64,000 bases of DNA from an uncultured Chloroflexia bacterium (GTDB lineage Bacteria; Chloroflexota; Limnocylindria; Limnocylindrales; CSP1-4). Of the stretch, positions 51,348 through 60,489 are shown piece by piece. Location of the stretch: the NCBI GenBank assembly GCA_963828165.1, contig CAWHDR010000001.1, forward strand, positions 2,240,001 to 2,304,000. The letters are read 5' to 3'. Under the pieces are notes generated by a model. That model searched no databases and had not been told where the DNA came from. It saw nothing but the letters and a program-made list of their open reading frames with translations. Position numbers and translations under genes: made by a program. Each line of letters starts with the position of its first letter. Position 1 is the first letter of the stretch.

Positions 51348-52016
51348 TCAGAGCTGTTCGCGCGGGTGCGCGTCCGGTTCGCGACGGACGCGAACGCGTG
51401 CTGGATCCGCGTACGCGTAGCCGCCGGAGCCATCGGCCCGGGCGCTGGCCGCCAGGGCCGCGAGCGCGCCGCCCAGCACGATCAGCATCGCCGCGGTCAC
51501 CAGCTGCTCGACCTCGCCCGGCGTGCCGCCGAGCCCCGTCCGGACCAGCAGCGCAGCGTCGATGAGCAGCAGCAGGCCCGTGCCCACACGGATGATGTCG
51601 CTGCCGGTCACGACCGGTGCCACGGCCAGCGCCGCGACGGCGAACCCGGCGGCGCTCGCGAGCGGCGGTCCATCGGCGGGGGCGCCCAGCCCGTGCGCGG
51701 CGTATCCCGCGACCATCGCCCCGGCCGCGAGCAGGATCTCGGACGGCCAGCCGATCCGCGAGCCACCGGTCGGGCTGGTGACGACCCCGCGGTCCCCACG
51801 ATGGCGGGCCACGACCCACAAGAGGTAGATGGCAAGGATGGCGCCGACGAGACGCGCGGCGAGCCCGAGGGGTGAGGCCAGGGGATCGGCAACGAGCGGA
51901 GTGGCGACCAGCGTCACCGCCAGGGCCAGGAGCACCGTCCGCGGATCCCGCGACGACACCACCACGACCGCCCCACCGACGACCGCGAGGGCGACGATCG
52001 CGATGATCGGCGTCAC
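51348..52016 (-). CDS. Hypothetical multi-pass membrane protein
   Basis: Highly hydrophobic, about 6 TMs; lies between lepB and the transporter-like gene. Confidence 0.65.
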   Translation of the reverse strand: MTPIIAIVALAVVGGAVVVVSSRDPRTVLLALAVTLVATPLVADPLASPLGLAARLVGAILAIYLLWVVARHRGDRGVVTSPTGGSRIGWPSEILLAAGAMVAGYAAHGLGAPADGPPLASAAGFAVAALAVAPVVTGSDIIRVGTGLLLLIDAALLVRTGLGGTPGEVEQLVTAAMLIVLGGALAALAASARADGSGGYAYADPARVRVRREPDAHPREQL

Positions 52017-52061
52017 CGCGTCATCTCCTCCGCGTCGTCCCGCACCGCGTCGTCACACGGC

Positions 52062-52661
52062 TCAGGAATCGGCCGGGGACAGATCCGCGTAGGTCGGCGC
52101 GGGCAGGATGCCGAAGGTGTCCAGCGGCCAGTAGCGCAGCCATGCGCGCCCGATGACCTGGTCGACCTCGACCGGTCCGAACGTTCGTGAGTCGGCCGAA
52201 TTGGAGCGGTGGTCACCCATGAGGAAGACCTCGTTCTCCGCGATCGTCCATTTGGCCTGCTCGAGCGGAGCGGTCGTGGGCTGCGACGGCCCGCCGTCCT
52301 CGTCAGCGTAGATATACGGCTCCTCGAGCGCGACATCGTCGATGTAGACCAGCCCATCGTCGCGGATCTCGACCGTGTCGCCCGCCTCGCCGATCACGCG
52401 CTTGATGAAGGGCGTGCCGTTGTCGCCCCAGTCCTCGGGTGGGGTGAACACCACGATGTCGCCGCGCTTGTACGTGTTGAACCTGGGCGTGAGCTTGTCC
52501 ACCAGCACGTACTGCTCAGGCTCCAGGGTCCGCTCCATCGACTGTTGCTGGACCTTGTACGGCTGTGCGACGAAATTCTGGATCACGACGAAGATGATGA
52601 GAGTCAGCACGAGGGTCTCGACGATCTCGAAGAGACACCCGAGTGCGGGTCGTTTGGTCAC
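52062..52661 (-). CDS. lepB: Signal peptidase I
   Basis: TM followed by QSMERTL (Ser), RGDIVVF, FIKRVIG (Lys), MGDHRSNSADSR. Confidence 0.93.
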   Translation of the reverse strand: MTKRPALGCLFEIVETLVLTLIIFVVIQNFVAQPYKVQQQSMERTLEPEQYVLVDKLTPRFNTYKRGDIVVFTPPEDWGDNGTPFIKRVIGEAGDTVEIRDDGLVYIDDVALEEPYIYADEDGGPSQPTTAPLEQAKWTIAENEVFLMGDHRSNSADSRTFGPVEVDQVIGRAWLRYWPLDTFGILPAPTYADLSPADS

Positions 52662-52752
52662 AGGTCCGGCAGTATAGGGGCCGCCGCCTGCGGCCGCCGG
52701 GATGGGTCCGGAAGGCCATCGACCAGGATGCATAACCTCGCGACGGGCGAGT

Positions 52753-52782
52753 TTGACCCGCTGAAGAACGCCTTGTTACACT
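52753..52782 (+). promoter_or_regulatory. Putative sigma-70 promoter of hppA
   Basis: TTGACC-18 bp-TACACT with extended TG. Confidence 0.45.
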
Positions 52783-52929
52783 CGCCGCCGGCCTGCAAGG
52801 TCCCAGCCCACGGTGCATACCGTCGGGGCCTGCCGGCAGCATCCCGGACACCCGCCCGCGACGGCGCACGCGCACGCGCCACGGGACGGACGCCGGACCT
52901 GACCGACCTGGAGGACCCGACAGACCCTG

Positions 52930-55137
52930 ATGGATGCGACCACGCTCCAATTGATCATCCTGCCGGCGGGCATCATCGCCGTGCTGTTTGCCATCTACCT
53001 GGCCCGCGACGTCCTGTCGCGCGACACCGGCACCCCGGAGATGGAGGCCGTGGCCGGCACGATCTTCGAGGGCGCCGTGGCGTTCATCCGTCGCCAGTAC
53101 ACGACGATCGGCATCCTCGCCGTGGTCGGGGCGGTGGTGATCGGCGCGGTCATCACCGTCTTCGAAGGCCCGGACGTGGCCGATACCGCCATCTTCGGCC
53201 TTGACCTCGGCTGGCGCACCGCTCTCGCATTCATCGTCGGAGCCGCGTGCTCGATGGCCTCGGGCATCATCGGCATGTACATCAGCGTCAAGGCCAACGT
53301 CCGGACGGCGGCGGCCGCGCGGCGGAGCCTGGTCGAGGCGGTCCAGGTCGCGATGCGCGGCGGAGCCGTCTCCGGCTTCCTCGTCGTCTCGCTGTCGCTG
53401 CTGGGCGTGTACGGGATCTTCACCCTCTTCGGCGGCCTCGAGGGTGGCCAGGCCACCCACGACGCGCCGTTCCTCATCGTCGGCTTCGGCTTTGGTGCCT
53501 CGTTCGTGGCCCTCTTCGCCCAGCTCGGCGGCGGCATCTACACGAAGGCCGCCGACGTCGGCTCCGACCTCGTCGGCAAGGTCGAGAAGGGCATCCCCGA
53601 GGATGACCCCCGAAACGCGGGTGTCGTCGCGGACCTCGTCGGCGACAACGTCGGCGACTGCGCCGGCCGCGGCGCGGACCTGTTCGAATCGACCGCCGCC
53701 GAGAACATCGGCGCGATGATCCTGGGCGTCGGCGTCTTCACGATCGCCACGGCGGCGGGCTGGCCGAATCCGGCGGCCTGGATCTTCTTCCCGCTCGTCG
53801 TCCGCGCGTTCGGGCTCCTCTCGACGATCGTCGCGATCTTCTTCATCCGCGGTCGCGAAGACGAGAACCCGATGAACATCCTGAACCGCGGCTACTGGGT
53901 CACGACGATCCTGTCGGTCGTGGCGCTCCTGGTCACGACGAACGTGATGCTCCAGACGAACGGCAACGCCCCGTCAGGGATCCCCGTCTGGCTGTACTTC
54001 TTCGGAGCCGGCGTGGTGGGCCTTGCGACCAGCGTCGCCTTCGTCTACATCACCCAGTACTACACGGCGGGCTCGTTCCGCCCCGTCCGCGAGATCGCGG
54101 AGGCGTCCAAGACCGGTCCCGCGACGAACATCATCTCGGGTACGGCGGTCGGTTTCGAGACGACCTTTGTGACGGCCATCACCATCGGCATCGCGCTCTT
54201 CGCCAGCCACTGGCTGGGGACGCAGGCCGGCATCGTGAACGACGCCGGTCGCGATGTCGGCGGCATCTTCGGGACCGCTGTGGCCACCATGGCGATGCTC
54301 ATGACGACGGCCTACATCCTGGCGATGGACACGTTCGGACCGATCACCGACAACGCCGGTGGCATCGCCGAGTTCAGCCGCGCCGAGGCCGGGGCACGCG
54401 AGATCACCGATCGCCTGGACGCGGTCGGCAACACGACCAAGGCGCTGACGAAGGGCTACGCGATCGCGTCGGCCTCGCTGGCCGCCTTCCTGCTGTTCTC
54501 CGCCTACATCGACAAGGTCAACCTGATCCAGACGAACCGCGGTGGCGAGCTGCTCACGTCGGTCGACATGGCCAAGGTCGAGGTGTTCATCGCCGCCTTG
54601 ATCGGCGCGATGCTCGTGTACTTCTTCAGCTCGCTCGCGATCCGCGCCGTCGGGACGACGGCCCAGGCGATCATCGTCGAGGTTCGTCGCCAGTTCCGGG
54701 AGATGCCCGGGATCATGGACTACACCCAGCGCCCGGACTACGCGCGCGTCGTCGACATCACGACCAAGGCCGCCCTGCGCGAGATGATCGCCCCGGGCGT
54801 CGTTGCCGTGGCCACCCCGATCATCGTGGGGCTGCTGCTTGGCGCGGAGGCCGTCGCAGGCATGCTGATGGTCGGCACGATCGCAGGCGTCATGCTCGCC
54901 ACCGTCCTCAACAACGGCGGCGGGGCGTGGGACAACGCCAAGAAGTACATCGAGTCCGGGCATCTCAAGGACGACCAGGGCAACGTGCTCGGCAAGGGAT
55001 CTGACGCCCATGCCGCGGCCGTCGTGGGTGACACGGTCGGCGACCCGTTCAAGGACACCGCCGGTCCGTCGCTCCACGTCCTTGTGAAGCTCCTCGCGAC
55101 GATCACGCTCGTTCTCGCACCGCTGTTCATCCGGTAG
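52930..55137 (+). CDS. hppA: Membrane-bound proton-translocating pyrophosphatase, K+-independent type
   Basis: GGGIYTKAADVGSDLVGKVE, EDDPRN, GDNVGD, DNAGGIAE, GNTTKA (Lys determinant), GDPFKDTAGP. Confidence 0.95.
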   Translation: MDATTLQLIILPAGIIAVLFAIYLARDVLSRDTGTPEMEAVAGTIFEGAVAFIRRQYTTIGILAVVGAVVIGAVITVFEGPDVADTAIFGLDLGWRTALAFIVGAACSMASGIIGMYISVKANVRTAAAARRSLVEAVQVAMRGGAVSGFLVVSLSLLGVYGIFTLFGGLEGGQATHDAPFLIVGFGFGASFVALFAQLGGGIYTKAADVGSDLVGKVEKGIPEDDPRNAGVVADLVGDNVGDCAGRGADLFESTAAENIGAMILGVGVFTIATAAGWPNPAAWIFFPLVVRAFGLLSTIVAIFFIRGREDENPMNILNRGYWVTTILSVVALLVTTNVMLQTNGNAPSGIPVWLYFFGAGVVGLATSVAFVYITQYYTAGSFRPVREIAEASKTGPATNIISGTAVGFETTFVTAITIGIALFASHWLGTQAGIVNDAGRDVGGIFGTAVATMAMLMTTAYILAMDTFGPITDNAGGIAEFSRAEAGAREITDRLDAVGNTTKALTKGYAIASASLAAFLLFSAYIDKVNLIQTNRGGELLTSVDMAKVEVFIAALIGAMLVYFFSSLAIRAVGTTAQAIIVEVRRQFREMPGIMDYTQRPDYARVVDITTKAALREMIAPGVVAVATPIIVGLLLGAEAVAGMLMVGTIAGVMLATVLNNGGGAWDNAKKYIESGHLKDDQGNVLGKGSDAHAAAVVGDTVGDPFKDTAGPSLHVLVKLLATITLVLAPLFIR

Positions 55138-55145
55138 GAGCGGCT

Positions 55146-55258
55146 GTCGCGCCTGACGGCCGATACGTGCGTTGCCCGCTCCGCTCCACGCTCACGCACC
55201 TTGACGTGCGCTCGCTCCGGTGCTCTCGGGCGCCTTCGCCTCGACCGCCATCCGCGAC
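55146..55258 (+). repeat. Structured dispersed repeat (MITE/REP-like or ncRNA), copy 2
   Basis: Outer stem GTCGCG...CGCGAC enclosing TGCGTT, CTCACGCAC-CTTGAC-GTGCG, TCCGG, GCCTT. Confidence 0.6.
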
Positions 55259-55280
55259 GAATGCAATCGGGGCCTGATCG

Positions 55281-56108
55281 ATGGAAACCATCCTTCAGGC
55301 ATTGGTGATGGGGATCGTGCAGGGACTCACCGAGTTCCTGCCGGTCTCTTCGTCCGGACACCTCGTGCTCGTCCCATTCCTGTTCGGGTGGGACGACGAA
55401 TTCCTGAACTCGCTCGCGTTCAGCGTGATGCTGCACCTGGGCACGCTGGTGGCCCTGCTCGCCTACTTCCGGGAAGACTGGGCACGCCTGATCCCGGCCG
55501 GCTTGGCCGCCGTGCGGGACCGGTCCTTCCGGGGTGACGCGGATCGCCGGCTCGCCTGGCTGCTCGTCGCCTCCACCATCCCGGCCGCACTCGCCGGGCT
55601 CCTGTTCAACGACCTCATCGAGGATCAGTTCCGCGAGGTCGGCCTGGTTGCCGTCATGCTCGTGGCCGGTGGCGTGATCCTGTTCGTCGCCGATCGGGTC
55701 GGGCGTCGGTCGCGTGCCATCGCCGATGTCACCTTCCCGGTCGCGATCGGGATCGGCGTCGCCCAGGCGCTGGCGCTGGTGCCGGGTATCAGCCGGTCGG
55801 GCATCTCGATCTCGGCGGGTCGCCTGGCCGGCCTGGACCGCGAGGCTGCCGCGAGGTTCGCATTCCTCATGGCGACCCCGATCACGGCCGGGGCCATCAT
55901 CTTCGAGGCCCGAAGGCTCTTGACCGGCGAAGCTGGTGTCGCCGTTTCGGTCGAGCCCCTCCTCGTCGGGATGCTCGCGGCGCTCGTGTCGGGCCTCGCG
56001 GCGATCCACTTCATGCTGCGCTACCTGCGGACGCGATCGCTCGATATCTTCGTCTGGTACCGGTTCGGGCTGGCGGTGGTCGTCCTCGTCGTCTGGCTGG
56101 CGCGATAG
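55281..56108 (+). CDS. uppP: Undecaprenyl-diphosphate phosphatase
   Basis: GIVQGLTEFLPVSSSGH, PGISRSG, AARFAFL. Confidence 0.95.
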   Translation: METILQALVMGIVQGLTEFLPVSSSGHLVLVPFLFGWDDEFLNSLAFSVMLHLGTLVALLAYFREDWARLIPAGLAAVRDRSFRGDADRRLAWLLVASTIPAALAGLLFNDLIEDQFREVGLVAVMLVAGGVILFVADRVGRRSRAIADVTFPVAIGIGVAQALALVPGISRSGISISAGRLAGLDREAAARFAFLMATPITAGAIIFEARRLLTGEAGVAVSVEPLLVGMLAALVSGLAAIHFMLRYLRTRSLDIFVWYRFGLAVVVLVVWLAR

Positions 56109-56123
56109 CGCGGCGGCCCGGAC

Positions 56124-56594
56124 ATGGAGGTCATGAAGCAGCTCCGCCAGCGGGCGATCCGCGATCTGGTCGACCTTCGACCGATCCGCACCCAGCAGGA
56201 GCTGGCCACCGCGTTGCGTGAGCGGGGTTTCCGCACGACCCAGGCCACGATCAGCCGCGACGTCGCCGAGCTCGGCCTCGTCAAGGTCACGCGCGAGGGG
56301 ACCGCGGCGTACGCGCTGCCGCCCCGGCTCATCGAGGCCGAGACCTCCGGAGAGGACCGCCTCCGCAAGCTGCTGTCCGACCTGCCGCTGGAGATCCACG
56401 AAGCCGGCCTGCTGCTGGTCCTGCGCACGCTCCCGGGTTCGGCCCATGCGATCGCCGCCGCGCTGGACCGGGCACGCTGGCCGGAGGTCGCGGGCTCCGT
56501 GGCGGGCGACGACACGCTCTTCGTCGCCCTGCCGGACCGCGGTTCGCTACAGCGCGTCAAGCGACGCCTGCTCCGCATGGCCAAGGAGACCTGA
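56124..56594 (+). CDS. argR: Arginine repressor
   Basis: TQQEL, TQATISRD, RTLPGSAH, AGDDTLF. Confidence 0.93.
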   Translation: MEVMKQLRQRAIRDLVDLRPIRTQQELATALRERGFRTTQATISRDVAELGLVKVTREGTAAYALPPRLIEAETSGEDRLRKLLSDLPLEIHEAGLLLVLRTLPGSAHAIAAALDRARWPEVAGSVAGDDTLFVALPDRGSLQRVKRRLLRMAKET

Positions 56595-56621
56595 CCGGTG
56601 TCGGCGGGCGTCCACGCGGCT

Positions 56622-56650
56622 TTGACACCTCCTCCCGGCCCGTCTACCAT
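56622..56650 (+). promoter_or_regulatory. Sigma-70 promoter upstream of greA-lysS-serS
   Basis: TTGACA (56622-27), 17 bp spacer, TACCAT (56645-50). Confidence 0.7.
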
Positions 56651-56779
56651 TCGCGTCCGGTCGGAACTTCAGGCGCGCGGCATCGGCCCGCGACCCGCCT
56701 GGAGTTCTTTCCTTTATCACCAGACCGACGAGGGCCGCCAGCCCGTTCCGGCCCACCTGCTACGCGGGGTCTACCCACG

Positions 56780-57244
56780 ATGAACAACAAGCCCACCTAT
56801 CTTTCGAAGGATGGCCTCCAGAAGCTCCGTGCGGAGCTCGAGGACATGATCACCGTCAAGCGTCCCGAGGTCGCGGATCGGATCCACGACGCCAAGGAGC
56901 ACGGCGACCTGTCCGAGAATGCCGAGTACGAGGATGCCAAGAACGAGCAGGCGTTCGTCGAAGGCCGGATCCAGACGCTCGAGGCGCTGATCAAGAACGC
57001 CACGATCATCGACGAGAACCACTCCACCGACCACGTCCAGATCGGCTCGACGGTCAGCGTCGAGAGCGGCGATGGCAAGGAGACGTTCACGATCGTCGGC
57101 TCGACCGAGGCGAAGCCCGGCGAAGGGCGCATCTCCAACGAGAGCCCGGTCGGCCGCGCGCTCCTCGGCAAGAAGAAGGGCGAGAAGGTCGTCGTGAAGG
57201 TGCCCGCCGGCGACTTCACCTACAAGATCACGAGCATCAGCTAA
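56780..57244 (+). CDS. greA: Transcription elongation factor GreA
   Basis: HGDLSENAEYEDAK, ISNESPVGRALLG. Confidence 0.96.
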   Translation: MNNKPTYLSKDGLQKLRAELEDMITVKRPEVADRIHDAKEHGDLSENAEYEDAKNEQAFVEGRIQTLEALIKNATIIDENHSTDHVQIGSTVSVESGDGKETFTIVGSTEAKPGEGRISNESPVGRALLGKKKGEKVVVKVPAGDFTYKITSIS

Positions 57245-57261
57245 CACGTTCGGGAGACGCG

Positions 57262-58899
57262 GTGGATTGGGCTGACGAACTCGCGCAGCGGGTCCGGGAT
57301 GCCGGTCCGCAGGTCGTCAACGACTCCAAGACGCCGTCCGGCACCGTCCACGTCGGCAGCCTGCGCGGACCGGTCATCCTCGACACGATCGCGCGGGCCC
57401 TTCGCGCGAACGGGATCGAGACCACGTTGCTCTATGGCGTCGACGACCTCGATCCCATGGATGCCCAGGCCTTGCTGACACCGGACGCGGTCGAGACCGA
57501 GATGGGCCGACCGCTTGCCCACGTCCCGGACCAGGAGGACGACGGCCACGCCTCCTACGCCCGACACCACGCCCAGACGTTCATCGACACGTTCGCGGGA
57601 CTCGGCATCCACCCGGACCGCTACTACTGGATGAGCGACATCTACGCGACCGGAGAGCTGGACCCGTTCATCCGCACGGCGCTGGACAAGGCGGCTCTGG
57701 TGCGTGAGATCTACCGCCGCGTCGCGAACGTCCAGCACCCCGACACGTGGCACCCGATCGGCGTCATCTGCCCGACCTGCGGCAAGGTCGGCACCACGAT
57801 CGTGACGGACTGGAATGGCGAGCAGGTCCATTTCGAATGCCGCAAGGACCTCGTCACGTGGGCCCAGGGCTGTGGCACGAGCGGGTGGGTCTCACCCTTT
57901 GGTGGGGCCGCGAAGCTGCCCTGGAATCTCGAGTGGGCCGCCCAATGGTCGCTCCTCGGCGTCACCATCGAGCCGTGCGGCAAGGACCTCTCGACGGCCG
58001 GTGGCTCACGTGATCGGTCGGACGCGATCGCGCGCGAGGTGTTCGAGCGCGAGCCGCCGCTCAACGTCCCGTACGAGTTCCTCAACATCGGCGGCAAGAA
58101 GATGTCGACGTCAAAAGGGCGCGGCGCGGCCGCGCATTCGATCGCCGAGGTCGTCCCACCGGAGCAGCTCCGCTTCCTCTTCATGCGTCACCGCCCGAAC
58201 CACGCCATCGACTTCGACCCCGAGGGCACCGACCAGATCCCGCGCCTGTTCGACGAGTTCGACAAGTTCGCGGCGGCCGCGGCGGGGCGCGAGGTGAAAG
58301 GCGAGCTGCCGCCGGGCTACGAGGCGACCTTTCGGTACTCCCTGCTCGACCCGGACGCGGACGTCGCCGCCGAGGCGGCCGCCTTCCGGCCCGCGTTCGG
58401 CCACCTGGCCATGCTCATCCAGATCCCAGGCGTCGACATCGTCGCGCGCATCGAAGCGGAGAAGGGAAGCGCGCTGACCGACCGCGAGCGCGCGCTCCTC
58501 GACCAGCGCGCCGGGGCCGCGCGCGCCTGGCTGGAAACGTACGCGCCTGAATCGGCGAAGCTGGCCGTCCAGCACGAGGCCGTCCCGCCTGCAGCCGCCG
58601 ATCTGGACCGGGACCAGCGCGCGTTCCTCGCCCAGCTCGCCGAAGCGGCCGATCGGGATTCGCCCGCGAGCGGCGACGCCTGGCAGGCCTTGATCTTCGC
58701 CGTCGCGACCGAGCGTGACGTTCCGGGCCGCCGCGCCTTCGAGGCCATCTACCGTGCGTTCCTCGGCCGAACCAATGGCCCGCGCGCGGGCTGGCTCCTC
58801 GCCAGCCTCGACCCGGTGTTCGTGCGGGAACGCGCGCGCGAGGCCTCGGGCTGGACGGACGCCGGCGGACCACCCGGTCTGCTCCCGGTGGGCGGCTAG
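57262..58899 (+). CDS. lysS: Class I lysyl-tRNA synthetase
   Basis: TPSGTVHVGS (HIGH-like), DDLD, CPTCGK, KLPW, EPCGKD, KMSTSKG. Confidence 0.92.
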   Translation: MDWADELAQRVRDAGPQVVNDSKTPSGTVHVGSLRGPVILDTIARALRANGIETTLLYGVDDLDPMDAQALLTPDAVETEMGRPLAHVPDQEDDGHASYARHHAQTFIDTFAGLGIHPDRYYWMSDIYATGELDPFIRTALDKAALVREIYRRVANVQHPDTWHPIGVICPTCGKVGTTIVTDWNGEQVHFECRKDLVTWAQGCGTSGWVSPFGGAAKLPWNLEWAAQWSLLGVTIEPCGKDLSTAGGSRDRSDAIAREVFEREPPLNVPYEFLNIGGKKMSTSKGRGAAAHSIAEVVPPEQLRFLFMRHRPNHAIDFDPEGTDQIPRLFDEFDKFAAAAAGREVKGELPPGYEATFRYSLLDPDADVAAEAAAFRPAFGHLAMLIQIPGVDIVARIEAEKGSALTDRERALLDQRAGAARAWLETYAPESAKLAVQHEAVPPAAADLDRDQRAFLAQLAEAADRDSPASGDAWQALIFAVATERDVPGRRAFEAIYRAFLGRTNGPRAGWLLASLDPVFVRERAREASGWTDAGGPPGLLPVGG

Positions 58900-58901
58900 C
58901 C

Positions 58902-60272
58902 ATGAGCGTCGGCCTGCAGCGACTCCGCGACGAACCGGACGTCATCCGACAGGGTGCCGTCGACAAAGGAGAGGACCCGGTCCTGATCGATCGCGCCCTC
59001 GAGCTCGACGGGGAACGGCGCCGCTTGCTCGGCGAGAGCGAGGGGCTCAAGGCAGAACGAAACGCCGCCTCCAAGCAAATCGGCGAGGCCATCAAGGGCG
59101 GAGCGAAGCCCGATGGCCCGGAGGTCGCGGAGCTCAAGGCTGCGTCCGTCGCGGCCGGCGAGCAAATCACCGCCCTCGACGCCAGCCTGGCCGAGATCGA
59201 GGCGGATCTCGACGACCAGCTGCTGCGCATCCCGAACCCAGCCGACCCGGACGTCCCCGTGGGCGGCGAGGACGCCAACGTCACCGTCCGGACCTGGGGG
59301 GAGCTGCTCGCCCACGACGAACCGGCCGAGGGCGAGGTCGGGGCGGACGCGCCCGCCGGCGGCGCGACGTGGACCCGAAGGCCCCACTGGGAGCTCGGCG
59401 AGGCGCTCGACATCATCGACAACGCGCGCGGTGCGAAGATCGCGGGATCCGGCTTCCCGGTCTACAAGGGAGCCGGTTCGGCGCTCCAGCGCGGGCTGAT
59501 CTCGTGGTTCCTCGACGTGCACACCCGCGAGAACGGGTTCACCGAGGTGTGGCCGCCTGCCGTCGTCAACACGGCCAGCGCCACGGGCACCGGCCAGATC
59601 CCGGACAAGGAAGACCAGATGTACGTCGTCACACGGGACGAGCTGTACCTGGTCCCGACCGCCGAGGTACCCGTCACGAACCTGCACCGCGACGAGATCC
59701 TGGACGCGTCCGAGCTGCCGATCCGATACGCCGCTTATTCTCCGTGCTTCCGCCGCGAGGCCGGTGCCGCCGGCAAGGACACCCGCGGGATCCTGCGCGT
59801 CCACCAGTTCGACAAGGTCGAGATGGTGCTGTTCGAGAAGCCCGACGACTCGCCAGCGGCGCTCGAGTGGATGACGGAGCGCGCCGAGATCCTGCTGCAG
59901 CGCCTCGGGCTCGCCTATCGTGTGCTGCTGATGAGCACCCGGGAGATGGGCTTCGTCCAGGCCAAGAAGTACGACCTGGAGGTCTGGGCACCCGGCGTCG
60001 AGCGTTGGCTGGAAGTCAGCTCGTGCTCGAACTTCCGCGACTACCAGGCGCGGCGCATGGCGATCCGCTACCGACCGGAGGCCGGCGCAAAGCCCGAGCT
60101 CGTGCACACGCTCAACGGCTCGGGTCTCGCGCTCGCCCGCATCGTGGCCGCGATCCTCGAGACATATCAGCGCCCGAATGGCTCGGTCACCGTCCCCGAC
60201 GTGCTGCGGCCGTACCTCGGTCGCGACGTCATCGAGCCGGCCGCGGTGAAGGGCTCACCCGCGGCCCGCTGA
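58902..60272 (+). CDS. serS: Seryl-tRNA synthetase
   Basis: N-terminal coiled coil, PTAEVP, FRREAGAAGKDTRG, HQFDKVE, EVSSCSN, HTLNGSGLA. Confidence 0.96.
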   Translation: MSVGLQRLRDEPDVIRQGAVDKGEDPVLIDRALELDGERRRLLGESEGLKAERNAASKQIGEAIKGGAKPDGPEVAELKAASVAAGEQITALDASLAEIEADLDDQLLRIPNPADPDVPVGGEDANVTVRTWGELLAHDEPAEGEVGADAPAGGATWTRRPHWELGEALDIIDNARGAKIAGSGFPVYKGAGSALQRGLISWFLDVHTRENGFTEVWPPAVVNTASATGTGQIPDKEDQMYVVTRDELYLVPTAEVPVTNLHRDEILDASELPIRYAAYSPCFRREAGAAGKDTRGILRVHQFDKVEMVLFEKPDDSPAALEWMTERAEILLQRLGLAYRVLLMSTREMGFVQAKKYDLEVWAPGVERWLEVSSCSNFRDYQARRMAIRYRPEAGAKPELVHTLNGSGLALARIVAAILETYQRPNGSVTVPDVLRPYLGRDVIEPAAVKGSPAAR

Positions 60273-60284
60273 TATCCTGACCGT

Positions 60285-60372
60285 GGAGAGGTGGCCGAGC
60301 GGTTGATGGCGGCGCTCTTGAAAAGCGCTGAGTCGAAAGACTTCGTGGGTTCGAATCCCACCCTCTCCGCCA
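60285..60372 (+). tRNA. tRNA-Ser (anticodon UGA)
   Basis: Acceptor stem GGAGAGG/CCTCTCC, anticodon stem GCGCT/AGCGC with loop CTTGAAA, long variable arm, GGTTCGAATCC, encoded CCA. Confidence 0.95.
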
Positions 60373-60489
60373 CCCGGTCCTAACGTGCGCGGGCGTCGCC
60401 GAGGGCGGTGCGCCGACCGCAGGTCCCGCGCCCCACCCATGACCATCGGACGGTGTCCTCCGTACCGCACCGGACGGTACCGTCGGGAC

